Positions 1 through 12,719 of a stretch of 64,000 bases of DNA are shown in pieces; the first letter of the stretch is position 1, and each line of letters begins with the position of its first letter. This DNA comes from Basidiobolus meristosporus CBS 931.73 (taxonomy: Eukaryota > Fungi > Basidiobolomycota), in contig MCFE01000404.1 in NCBI GenBank assembly GCA_002104905.1, positions 1 through 64,000 of the forward strand, read 5' to 3'. Below the pieces are notes generated by a model, which was given only the letters and a program-made list of their open reading frames with translations, had not been told where the DNA came from and searched no databases. A program made the translations under genes and the position numbers.

Positions 1-2655
1 ACTCAAGGCCAAGCAGAATGCTCTTGACCTGTTCCATGATCATTATTCTGGACTCAAAGAGGCAAATAGATTTTACGCCAGTATTGGTATGCTAAGAGAG
101 TATTTTCACAATAGTGAAACTACCAAAGGTGAAGAACAAGGGTGCCATGGCTAATAACCAGCCTCTTCCTTAAGCGCTTGTTGCCAGCAGGGCTGAAAGC
201 TCCAAACAAGTATCAAAGAGACCTCAGGTAGCTGGAGGAGGGCCAATAAGGGACAAGCACACGGACATGGATGCACTAGCACAGCTTTAATCAAGGAAAA
301 AGTGTAGTACTGCTCAAGAAGCACTCAGTCAAAGTAGCAGTCAAGGACCTAGCAGTGATAAAAGCCAGTGGCTTTCTAAGGAGTCTGTCACAACTATGGC
401 TGAGAGCTGAAGAAAAGCAGTAAAAAACATCAGGTTGCCAGGAGAGTGCCAGCAAAGGACAAGCAGGCCAAAACAGATGTGTCAGAGCAAACCTTTTCAA
501 GGAGAAAATGTAGTTTATTATTAGAAGCACTCAGACTAAGTAGCAGTGAAAGACCTGGCAGTGATAATGGAACAGGTAAAGGGAAAAATATCTACCCAAG
601 TCTGAGACAGGAAGGCATAAAAGAAACTGCAGCTCTTGCCAATTAAATCCATAAGCCCTGAATAGACTGTATCCCATCATAGCCAAAAATCACCAACAAG
701 AAAACAGCTGTTTACACAAGAGTTGGAAGCACAGGCAGTTGAGTTACACTCCAGTAAGGTAGATGAGTTTGCAGAGAAAGTCAATTTGTCTACCACAGCC
801 TCCATGTCCTCCATTGTTGACAGAGTGGAGATCCCACTAACAGAAAAGGCTACAGCATCAAGAACTCAAAAGACAATCACAATGCCTTCAGTGGAATTCA
901 AGACATTAATAGGCACACCAAGAGATTGTGTCACTTCTTCAAAAGCAGTGCTCAAGAAAATGCACCTGAATATTGCAATGATTCATTTCAGACACTGGTA
1001 GATGAGGTGCTAGTCCTTGCAGTGCCAGCTGAAGACCAAGATGCATGGAAACCAGTGCATGAACAGTGGCATAAAGCAGTTAAGATGATGACAGAGTCAT
1101 GGAAATAAAGTGTTACAGCAAAAATACTTATTGAGTGGTGGACTTTAATGGAGTTACTTGTTGAGTGTGGGGCTGGACTTAATGCTAGCTTAGGGTAAAG
1201 GGACTTGTTTAGGCCTGCACAAATGGCAATTGAGGTACAACTGAAGTTTCAATGGAAATAAATAATTTGAATATTTGAAAAGTAAGAGAAATAGATGAGT
1301 CAGGAAGTAAGGAGTGTGAGAATGCAACAATAGCCAGTCAATGTGCACACATTTAGGAGGTGATCAAGTATACAGAGTTAGAAAGTGAGCAAATTGGCAC
1401 AGAACCAAACAACAGCCACTAATCATTGTGGAGATGAAAGTTTTGACTAATTTTTGTGTGAAATCTGGGGTGCAATTGTTTTCCAATGGTCTCTGCACAG
1501 TGTCCTAACAGGATCAATACCTCTTAGTCACAGGACTTTAGATTTTTGACAGGCTTTTGACAGCTACATCTCTATGATTTCTTATAGAACACTGCTGACA
1601 GCAGCAGAAGAACAGCTACACAACAGCTTGCTTTGACATTCAGTGGAACAAGCAGGGCTACTTGCAAAACAGGCCATATGGACAGTGTGCCCACTGAAGG
1701 GAATAATGCAGACTCCTCAGTCCCTCAGCCAAGTAGGAATCTGAGAGCTGCTGTGGAGCTGCAAGCTGACCATTATGCTTGGGCAGATGCAGTTGTAGCA
1801 AATGCAGTATCTTCAGCTGAAGACCAGCATGTGGCCATCATAACATCATTACCCCCCATACTAGCAAGTGGGTTATCAGCTTGTACCAAAGGATTAATGA
1901 AGCAAATAGGTGCAGTGGCTGATAGGATCAATCCAAGGGCCCAGAGAAACCAGGAATTGTCCAAAAGCAGGAGTAGCAGATAAAAGGTGTCGAGCAGTCA
2001 ATTTCCCAGGTAGCAAAAGCAGTATCTTTGCTGCAAAGAAGGTGCTGAAGTAGCTCAATATCACAGCCAAGAATAGAGCCATTTCCCAGTGTCACAGAAG
2101 AGGAAAACTGTACTGTAGTTGAAGCACAACAGCAGTGCTCAAAGATAAAGCCCACAGACAAGCTTTTCACAGCATGGGAGGGAGACAATGTGGTGTTTAT
2201 ACCAAGACCTAAAAACCAAGAGACATTGAAGATCTGTGAAGCCAATGAGTGCAATAATGTAGAGTGGGCTCATATTCAAGAAGCTGTCAGAGGTCTAGCA
2301 AGCTATCACCTTAAGGCTGGCAAACCATGTGACCATCAGGAACTCAAGGCCAAGCAGAATGCTCTTACCTTATTCATGAGCATTATCTTGGATTCAAACA
2401 GGCAAAGAGATTTTAGGCCAGCATTGGTTTGCTAAGGAAGTATCTTAAGAATAGCAGAAACTACTATAGGCAGAAGAACAAGGTCCATGGCCAAACCCAG
2501 CAGCTTCCTTTAGAGCATGTTGCAAGCAGGGCTGAAAGCTCCAATCAAGCATCAAAGAGATGTCAGGTAGCTGGAAAAGTGTCAATGTGGGACAAGCAGG
2601 CAGACATGGATGCACAAGCACAACATTTATTAAGGAAAAAGCTTGGTACCACTAA
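1..2655 (+). mobile_element. Degenerate ~2.34-kb tandem repeat unit (end of copy 1 and start of copy 2); decayed coding-like sequence associated with CACTA relics
   Basis: ACTCAAGGCCAAGCAGAATGCTC occurs at 1 and 2342 (period 2341). The internal motif AAGCACTCAG..AAGTAGCAGT..A.GACCT.GCAGTGATA is repeated near 319 and 524. Only short stop-riddled ORF fragments remain and CpG is almost absent. The link to CACTA is inference from adjacency. Confidence 0.55.
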
Positions 2656-3855
2656 AGAGGTCTTATGCTGTATTATCACTAGTTTGGGGCTTGTTCTACA
2701 ATGTAGAGGCTAATCAGCAATATACAACAACTTCTAGTATGCAAATACTGAAATAGTTTATTGGGAGTTTGATATACCAATAGAAGATATAGCTTGCACT
2801 AATATCCTCAATATTAGGCTCAAAATATACTATAGGCAGTGTTTCTCACTACTACCGTAGTGTTCTGATCTTCTGTCCACTATTGGGCTTATTAGCTTTT
2901 GAAGTAGCTATTCCTTAATTGGTAGTGGCTTCCCTTTCTGAGAGAATATTTCCTTATATAGAAGTTTTGATCTTCTCCTTCAACCTAAAGGGGTATGTTG
3001 CAGAAGTCTCTCATTGGGACTTTAGACCTAAAGGGTCATCTAAAAGGGTGTCTTTAGACTAAAGGGGCTTGTTACAGTGGTCTCTAAAGTGGACTTCACA
3101 CTAAAGGGGTGCCTGTAGGGGCTTCTTCAGAAAAAAGGGACTTGTTAAAGGGGTCTCTAAAGTGGTCTCTACACTTAAGGGTGTCTAAAGGGGTTTCTTA
3201 GCAGGACTTATCCAACAGAAAAGTGGTAGTTTTCTTGTAGAACTTAGATTGGACTTTAGTGAGCTTTGCAGTCTCTTCAATAGTGTAGTACCAATCAAAG
3301 TCAGAATACTCAGCAGTGCAAGTGATGCAGGGGAAGTCTTATAACCTTTAAACTTGTAACTGCAGTGTGGAGATTCTGGAAAGAGAGCCTCTCCTTTATT
3401 TTACAGCTGGGGAAGTCATATATATGATAATTCTGAAGGATCAAAGCTTTTGGGCAAATGCTCAAGCAATACACATGATAGCAACCTAAAACTCTGCAGT
3501 ACCTGTGAGAATATCACTTGATTTAATTGGCTGGTTTGAGAGTTACATGCAATCAAAGTCACTATAGTAATCCTAGCAATAGAGGCCTTGTATATATGAT
3601 AATTGGGCTCTTTTGATCATAACTCCTTGAGTACTACTTCAAATAAGCTCTAATTTGAAAAATGTGTTGGCTACTGCATGTTCTGTATGACATAATACTC
3701 TTGGGTGGATTGCTCTCAGGGTCTGGAGCATTTGTCCTTCAAAGCTGGGAATTCTTGATCTCTCACATGTGTGCTACAATAGCAAAAAGCAAAATAAACA
3801 AATAGGTGCAACATTGGTTTTGAGATAATGTAGTAATGGAATACTTTCCATTGCC

Positions 3856-5620
3856 ACAAAAGCACTCAGTCAAAGTGGTAGTGAAGGATGTGGCAGCAAT
3901 CAAAACTAGCAACTTTCTAAGTAGCCTGTCACAACCACAGATGACAGCTCAAAACAAGCAGAAAAACAACATCAGGTTGCCAGAATAGTGCCAGCAAGGA
4001 ACAGGCAGGCCAAAACAGATGAATCAGAGCAGAATTTGTCAAGGAGAAAATGTAGTTCAATACAAGAAGCACCCAGGCAAAGTAGCAGTGAAAGATCTGG
4101 CAGTAATAAGGAAAAGGTAAAGGGAAAATGTCTACCCAAGTCTGAGACAGGGAAGCATGCAGAAAAAGGTGCAATTGTTGCCAATTAATGCGGCAAGCCT
4201 GGAACAGACTGAATCCTATCATAATCAAGAAGAGTCACCAACAAGGAAGCAGCCGTTTTCATAAGAGCTGGAAGCACAGGCAGTTCAGCTACACTCCAGC
4301 AAGGTGGATGAGTTTGCAGAGAAAGTCAATTTGCCTACCACAGCCTCCATATCCTCCATTGTCAACAGAGTGGAGATTTCACCAACAGAAAAGGCTAAAA
4401 TGTCAAGAACCCAAAAGACTATCACAATGTCTTCAGTGGAATTTTGTAACATTGATAGGCACACCAAGAGGTAAGAGCACTTCTTCAACAGCCATGCAAA
4501 AGAAAACGCACTTAAGTATTGCAAGGATTTATTGCAAAGACTGGCAGATGAAGTGCTATACTTTGCAGTGCCAGCTGAAGACCAGGGTGTGAGAACCAGT
4601 GGATGAGCAGTTGCATACAGCCATTGGGCTCCTGCTGAAGTCATGGAAATAGAGAGTTACAGCAGAGTATTTATTGACTGGTGGATTTTAATGGAGTTAC
4701 TTGTTGAGTGTGGGGTTGGGCTTAATGTTAGTGTAAGGTATAGAGACTTCTATAGGTCAGTACAATTGGCAATTGAGGTGCAACTGAAGTTTCAGCGTAA
4801 ACAAATAATTTGTATAAATGAGAAGTAAGAGAAACAGTTGAGTTGGGAAGTAAGGAGTGTGAAGATGCAACAATAGCCAGTCAATGTGCACACATTTAGG
4901 AGGTGATCAAGTATACAGAGTTAGAAAGTGAGCAAATTGGCACAGAACCAAACAACAGTCACTAATTATTGTGGTGATGAAAAATTTGACTAATTTTTGT
5001 GTGAAATCTGGGGTGCAATTGTTTTCCAATGGTCTCTGCACAGTGTCCTAACAGGATCAGTACCTCTTAGTCACGGGACTTTAGATTTTTGACAGGCTTT
5101 TGACAGCTGCATCAGTATGATTTCTTATAGAACACTGCTAACAGCAGCAGAAGTACAGCTACACAACAGCTTGCTTTGACATTCAGTGGAACAAGCAGGG
5201 CTACTTTCAAAAAAGGCCATATGGACAGTGTGCCCACTGAAGGGAATAATGCAGACTCCTCAGTCCCTCAGCCAAGTAGGAATCTGAGAACTGCTGTGGA
5301 GCTACAAGCTGACCATTATGCTTGGGCAGATGCAATTGTAGCAAATGCAGTACCTTCAGCTGAAGACCAGCAAGTGGCCATCATAACATGATTACCACCC
5401 ATACTAGCAAGTGGGTTATCAGCTTGTACCAAAGGATTAATGAAGCAATTAGGTGCAGTGGCTGATAGGATCAATGCAATGACCCAGAGAAACCAATCAA
5501 AAGCCACTTATATATTGTTGAGTTGAAAAGTTTTGGCCAAGTTTTTTGTCAAATTTGGTGTGCAATTATTTTTTAATGGTCTCTGCACAGTGCCCTGATG
5601 GGATCATTATCTCCCAGTCA
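3856..5620 (+). mobile_element. Remainder of copy 2 and truncated copy 3 of the same repeat unit
   Basis: 4864-5490 is near-identical to 1321-1950 (ORFs 1633-1983 and 5176-5391 both read TFSGTSRAT.K.GHMDSVPTEGNNADSSVPQPSRNLR). 3856-4830 matches about 320-1290. Confidence 0.6.
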
Positions 5621-6450
5621 CTGGACTTTAAATCTGTGAAAGCCTTTCAACGTGATCATCACAATAATTTCTCCTAATGGTGTCAAATTGTCATTGGTGA
5701 TCCACTTCAGGATAAATATTCCTACAATGTCAGCATACAACTCCCAATGCTTCCAATGTACTCTTTGTAGATATGACTTCAGAAGGGTGCTTGAATAAAT
5801 ACATATCCATTTTATCCAATCATTGAGTTTGTATTGCTGCATATGCATATGAATATTGATCTTAACTCATGAGGAGTACTTAGGTTAGCAGATGCTTTGT
5901 AATATCTTGCTGGTTCTTGCATATTCCTCACATATTTTGAAGGGCTTATTCAGCTTGAAATGCCCATGTACAACTTGGTGATTAGTATAGAGATACTGTT
6001 GATAAGCAAATGCATTGCTCCTAGTTGAACGCTCTTGCTCCAACAGATACCCACTATGTTAAGTATCACTGAATTCCAATTACTTTCATATTCTGTTCAA
6101 TGGCTTATAGCTTGCAATTTCTGTACATTCTCTCTGTGTGAAGATTATGTTCTAAGTGTTAGTGTATGCATAATAGTAATGTGTGCCCTGGTGTAAATCT
6201 CCTGGATCTCATGCATTTGGCAGCAATACCATCCATTGTGCCAAGAAAAGTCAGCCATCTTGCTGATGGTTGGGGTATCTCCAATGCAAATAATGATATG
6301 TGCTTTAATATGATGGCCATTTACTAGTATCCTGCTGGAAAGCATACAAATGTTGTCAAGCAATAGATCCAGGTAGCTGTCCAGATTGGACAGTGATATT
6401 GGCCTAGACACCAGTGAAACTTCTTTAGATTTTTGCTCTGATACCAAAGA
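5620..6450 (-). pseudogene. CACTA/En-Spm (Tnp2-like) transposase fragment, degenerate
   Basis: Fragments HIIICIGDTPTISKMADFSWHNGWYCCQM and QYKLNDWIKWICIYSSTLL..LQRVHWKHW are paralogous to the 10.3-11.1 kb copy. They match the Tnp2 GD.PA..K..G..GH....C..C and W..W...YS..LL motifs. Stops and frameshifts are present. Confidence 0.7.
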
Positions 6451-6599
6451 TAGGCAGCAGATTTAGGTTCATAACAGTCAGTGGCCAGCAGAATTTGTCA
6501 GTAGAATTTGCTGGCAGAGTACCTGTATAATGAGAATCCATCCAGTGCAAAGGCAAAGGCATGGTCATACATACCTTTAAAGTAGCCCTCACCTCTTAG

Positions 6600-8945
6600 T
6601 TGCTTATAATCCCTATGAAAAATTATTGTGATGATCCTATCAAAAGGCCATCACAGAATCTAAGTCCCATGACTAGGAGGTATTGATCCTATCAGGATAC
6701 CATGCAAAGACTGTCCAAAATAATTGCATTCTGGAGTTCACAAAAAACTTAGTCAAAATTTCTTATCACAAATACAAAAGAGGCACTTGATTGGTTCTCT
6801 GCCAATTTTCTTTCTTTCTAATCCTGGACACTCTATCACCTCCTACATTTGTGGGCATTGATTGGCTATTGCCTCTTTTTCATACTCCTTACTTCCTGAC
6901 TTAATCATTGCTCTTACTCCTTATGCATACAAATAGATTTATTTCTTCTGAAACTTCAGTTGTACCTCAATTGCCCATTTTACTGCCTATACAAGTCCCT
7001 ATACCCTACACTAACATTAAGCCCAACCCCACACTCAACAAGTAACTCCATTAAAATCCACCACTCAATAAATACTCTGCTGTAACTCTCTGTTTCCATG
7101 ACTTCAGCAAGAACAAATGGCTTTATGCAACTGTTCACTTGCTGGTTCCTACAAATTGTGGTCTTCAGCCAGCACTGCTAGGTCCAGCACCTCATCTGCC
7201 AGTCTTTGCAATAAATCTTGCAATATTTAGGTGCATTTTCTTGAGCATTGCTCTTGAGGAAGTGCTGTAACCTCTTGGTGTGCCTACTAATGTCCCAAAA
7301 CACCACTGAAGGCATTGCAATAGACTTTCACATTGTCAACATTGTAGCCTGCCTGTCAGTGGGATTGCCACTCTGTCAACAATAGAGGATGTGGTGGCTG
7401 TGGTAGACAAGTTGACTTTCTCTGCAAACTCATCTACCTTGCTGGAGTATAACTCAACTGCCTGCGCTTCCAGCTCTTGTGAAAACAGCTGTTATCTTGT
7501 TGGTAGTTCTTCTTGACAGTGATGGGATTCAGTCTGTACCTGGCTTATGGTGTCAATTGGCAAAAACTGCAGCTTTTCTCTTAAACATCCCTGTGTCTGC
7601 CTTAGGTAAACATTTTCCCTTTACCTTTTCATTTATCACTGCCAGGTCTCTCACTGCTACTTTGTCTGAGTTCTTCTTGTATTGAACTATGTTCTCTGTG
7701 TGATAAATGCTACTCTGACATATCTGTTTTGGCCTGCTTGTCCCTTGCTGGCATTCTGCAGGCAACCTGATGCTTCTTTTTGGCTTGTTTCAAGCTCTCA
7801 GCTCATGCTGTGATGGGTTCCTGAGGTTGCCATTTGTTTTTATCACTGCCAGGCCCTTCACTGTTACGCTGACCTAGTGCTTCTTGAGTAGAACTATGCT
7901 TTTTCCTTGGAAATGTTGTACCAGTGCATCTGTGTCTGGTTGCTTTTCCCTTATTGGCACTTGTCTAGCTACCTGATGTCTCTTTGATGCTTGTTTGGGG
8001 CTTTTGGCCATGATTGTAACAAGCTCTTGAGGAATCTGCTGATTTTTATCCATTGTACCCTTGTTTTCCTGCCTTTTATAGTTTCTGCTATTCTTGAGAT
8101 ACTATCTTGGCATACCAATGCTGGCCCAAAAGCCATTTGCTTGCTTGAATCCAGGATAATGCTCTAGGAGCCAGTCAAGCACATTCTGCTTGGCCTTGAG
8201 TTCCTGATGGTCCCATGGTATACTGGCCTTAAGGTGCTGATGTGTTAGACTTCTAATAAACTCTAAAACATTAGCCCACTCTTCATCATTGCACTTAATG
8301 GCTTGACAGATCTTGATTATTATTTGATTTTTTAACTTTGGTATAAACGCTACATTTTCTCCCTCCCATGCTGTGATAGATTCTTCTGTGGGCTTTATCT
8401 TCAGGCAGTGTTACTGTGCTTCAAAGACTATACAGTGTTCCTCTACTGTTACATTGGGAAGTGGCTCAATTCTTGACTGAGAAGTTGATCTACTTGAGTT
8501 CCTTCTTTACAGCAAAGATACTGCTTTCTTGACCTGGGATATTGATTGCTCTACACCTTTTATCCACTCATCCCGCTTTTGGACTATTTCCTGATTTCTC
8601 TCAGCCATTGCATCTATTGTATCAACCATTGCACATAATTACCTCATTAATGCTTTGGTATGAGCTGATAACATACTTGCAAATACAGGTGATGGTGATG
8701 TTACAACAGCCAATTGCTGGTCTTCAGCTGAAAGTACTGCTTTTGCTATATTCGCATCTGCCTTAGCATTATGGTCAGCTTGCAGCTCCATAGAGATTCC
8801 TAATAGTCTACTTAACTGAGAGCCTGAGGGGTCTGCATTATCACCTTCAATGGGTACACTGTCCACTGGCCCTTTTTTGTTGTAGCCCTGCTTGTTGCAC
8901 TTAATGTCAAGGCAAGCTGTTGTCCAACTGTTCTTCTGCTGCTGT
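6600..8945 (-). mobile_element. Inverted copy of the ~2.34-kb repeat unit
   Basis: The reverse complement matches the plus copies. ORF 8639-8866(-) MDSVPIEGDNADPSGSQLSR corresponds to MDSVPTEGNNADSSVPQPSR, and ORF 7553-7765(-) corresponds to 446-646(+). Confidence 0.6.
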
Positions 8946-9199
8946 AAGCAGTGGGGCTTAGCCAGGAACCAGATAACTTTGCTTTATTTTTTGGCAGCAT
9001 ATATATGGAAGTGCGTCAGACCAAAGAGGAAATGGTGTCACATATATGTGTCTATGTGGTGCCACAACTTTATTTATAATGCTAACTATGGCAGGTCATC
9101 ACGGAATCTTACATTCATGTAGGTGCAATGTCTCAAGTAAAAGACTGTCCTAAGCTCACATGACTATGAGCAAAAAAGTGGTATAATAGCATTGTGTTG

Positions 9200-11700
9200 C
9201 TAAGTGCCAAGTTGTTTGCCCTATGGACAAAACTACTTTGATTCATTGCTGTAATAGAAGAGAGAAAAGACCATGTGGCTATTGTAGCAAGCCTCTTTGC
9301 TGTAAGGCATGCAGACAGCATAGGAAGCATTACAAGGATCAAGGCCATTGTTATGCCACACAAGTCATATCTGGCCATTCATCAGTCACTACTGTACCAA
9401 CAATATCTTGCTGGTCACTTGACACTTCTAGAGCAGCACCTAGCTGCACTTGTCTTCTTGCACAAACTGTGTCAGGTGAGTTTCTGACACTTTTAGGCTC
9501 ACCCCAGCCTTCTGAATATGGCACACAGAGTGATAGCTCTGAAGCAGCAGGCTCACTGATGGATTGGGAGCCTAGCTTTCTTGAACCATGGTACCCTGAA
9601 TGAGCCCAGCAAAATCCCATTATGCAACAAGACAAAACCTGTGAAAAAAAATGCCAGGGATACTTTATGGAGTCAAGTGACCCCAGTAATCCCTCTACTG
9701 GTGAATGATGTGATGTTGTGGCTAGAGAAGTGACATGTATCCACTAATATCAATAATGGCAGCTTTGAAGATTAACCACTACTTCTTGCCAAAATCATCC
9801 CTGGATGCAACTTACCATGTACATGATACAAATGTACAACCGTCATGCAGCTGGCAACATATGACCCAGACACTGTCCTGTCACCAACATGTGTTAACAG
9901 CTGCATGGCATTCACATCAAAAAATGCCACCATTGCATTGCATCCAATCTAACAGGAATCCACCACCATTGGGGGAGTATATTGTTCACATTCTGGATAT
10001 GTTCTGGTAATACCCTGTCTAAAGAAGCTCATGCAGTCCAACAATTATTGTGAAGCTATCAAGTACCACACTCAATACTAATCAAGCACACACATATCTG
10101 ATATATTTAATGGCAAACATTTCAAATAACTAAGAACCAAGGGCTACTTTGCAGGTATGTAAGATCAAGCCTCTGCCCTGGCTCTTGATGGATTCTCATT
10201 AAACAAGTACTCTGCCTGCAAATCCTGCTGGCCACTGATTTTCTTCAACCTGAATCTGCCAAATATCTTACAGTATCAGAGCAGAAATCTGATGGCAGTT
10301 TCATTGGTAGCTAGGTCTAAATCACTGCCCAACATGGAGAGCTATCTGTTTCCATTGCTGAATGAGTCTTGTATACTTTCCAGCAGGATAACAGTAAATG
10401 GCCATAATGACAAAGTGCATATTATTATCTGCGTTGGAGATACCCCAGCCATCAGTAAGATAGCCAGCTTTTCTGGGCACAATGAATGGTATTGCTGTCA
10501 AATGTGTGAGATCCAGGGGATGTACTCCATAATATGCACACATTATTGTTGCCCAAACACCAGCACTAAGAACATCATCTTCCCACAGAGAGAACATACA
10601 GAAGTCATCATACAATTGCAGCAAAGTTGGTAAGCTATAAGCCATTGGCTGCAATATGTAATCAATTGGAAACAAGAGATACTTAAGATAGAGGGTATCT
10701 GTTGGAGCAAAAGCTTTCCATTGGGATCAATGGATTTGCTTTTCAACAGTATCCCTATACTGATGACCAAGTTGTACATGGGCATTTCAGGCTAAATGAG
10801 CCCTTTGAGATGCTGGATAAATCTGAAAGAATTGGCAAGATATCACAGAGTATCCACCACCCTATGTACTTCCTATGGGCTGCAATCAACATTCATACAC
10901 ATAGGCAACAATACAAGTGCAAGGACTGGATGAACTGGATATATATTTATTCAAGTGGCCTTCTGATGCCATTTCTACCAAGAGTACATTGGAAGCATTG
11001 GGAGTCATATGTGGATACTGTAGGAATATTATCCAGAAGTGGATCACCAATGCAAACTTGATGCATCAACAGCTTTTGTGTAAGGAATTTGTCACAGGAT
11101 ATGAGTGGCAATACTACAAACATAAAGCTGAAGGCATAGATCTCTGCCACCACTGTATCTATTCTCTACTCCATCTTACTTGGTGTTTTGAGAATATTGG
11201 ACCTTGCTTCACCTTTTGGGAGCTTTCTATGGAGCAGATGTGTGGGGAGATTGGAAGACAAGTCAATTTGCAGGTACTACTATCTCCCAATCTCATCAAG
11301 AAGATTACCTTCAAGTCCATCATGGATGTGATGAGTTGGTATATGGAGGACAGCCAGGAAGAGTTGGAAAATACTGAGGACCTATGTGTACATGGAGACA
11401 CCTATGCCTATGGAATTAAGAAGATAAGAAGCCTCAATGCATGGGTAATCAGTTAGGTAATGCAAAGTTGGGTTGAGTGTAACAAGCAAATAATTTTCAT
11501 TAGGAAAGCTCTACTAAAGTATGCAGGGTTTCTCTTGGTCAAAAGCAATGTTCTACACCATTCAATACAGAATTCACACAAACAAGAGCCAGAGCACTGT
11601 GGTGGTGTATAAGTCCAAGGGAGAGATACGTCCAACACTTCTCAAGTGTCTTGTGTGTGGGGTGTTCACTGGGTGTAATAACCTCCGGCAAAAGCTTGCT
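9200..11700 (+). pseudogene. CACTA/En-Spm (Tnp2-like) transposase, degenerate, longest copy
   Basis: Ordered motifs are present: C.NSCMAF (~9890), LDGFSL...CWPLIFFNLNLP (~10185-10260), ESYLFPLLNE..CVGDTPAISKIASFSGHNEWYCCQMC, WMNWIYIYSSGLL..FLPRVHWKHW and HHCIYSLLHL..CFENIGPCFTFWELSMEQMCG. Many stops and frameshifts; ends approximate. Confidence 0.8.
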
Positions 11701-12719
11701 AGGAATACTTGGGTTCTGTCTCTAATCTAATGTGAAGGGGAATAAAGCCACAAGCTTGTCAAGGGAAAACTATTGAGCTACAATCCCCAACTTAGTTGGT
11801 GTCTTAACAAAAGTATGTGCTGGGTTCAGCGTCCTTTGAGATGACAATGTACTAAAGCTTCCAAAGTCAAAACAACTGTTAACTCCACCAGCAGGGACTT
11901 GATAAGAATGCAGATGTGGTCAATAGTTACAAAGACAGAAAAGTATCTTTGCCTGTACAAGAACAAACTTGGGAAAGAATCAAATATAATAAAAGATACC
12001 TGCTCTGAGTATTCCTCACAAGTAGTGCCTCCAAGGTCAGTTGGCTGTCAGCACGGTTTCCTGGGAGTGTCCTGTGGTCTGGGGTTGGAAGTTCAGGTAG
12101 CAGCAGGTAGCAGTGATCACACTAATCAACAAGTTGGTATATTGATAAAAGGGATGATGATTTATTGTAGAGGGATAGCCTCCCTTATATACTTTTCTCA
12201 CTGGCTAAGTGATTACTAATCACGGTGTTCCAGAAGATTCCGGATATCAATAGAAATCTTAATGACATCAGAATGACCTAAGAATGTTCTAAGTAGGTGC
12301 TGGAAGGTTCTAAGAGGCACAGCACATCCAACCAATCAGGAATTAGTATTCTGAAACCTGCGTAACATGGGGATACCATATATGGTATGGAAATGATAGG
12401 GATGGTGACACAGGTTGATCATGTGTCATGGGTACTGGGACGGGTACTTGCCTAATATAGAAGCACTTATAGCTAGTAATCTTACATAAAGTGAGGGGTA
12501 ACTTATGCAATAAGGTAAGCAGGTGTGATTGTCAACCGGCTTATGGGATAGTACTGATTGGGTAAGACAAATGGGATAAAACTAAAATAAGTGTAGTAGA
12601 GATGTAGGGAAGTAGAAAATAAGGGAATGAGCACATCTGTCAGTGGGTGTTGCTGTCACCCCACTACAGCGCACCTATAAGGGGGACTAGAATCTAGCAG
12701 GGATAAGGAGTATATTGCC

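Noticed and set aside
1496-1502. CACAGTG as a CACTG-type element terminus
   Set aside because: Homology between repeat copies continues on both sides, so it is not an element end.
2847-2862. CACTACTACCGTAGTG mini-palindrome resembling fused CACTA termini
   Set aside because: Too short to distinguish from chance, and no TSD.
11900-12412. LTR-like segment (TG...CA ends; TATATAA then AATAAA on the minus strand)
   Set aside because: No partner copy in the window, no matching TSD at the candidate ends tested, and no PBS or PPT. It may be a real solo LTR of another family but is unsupported here.
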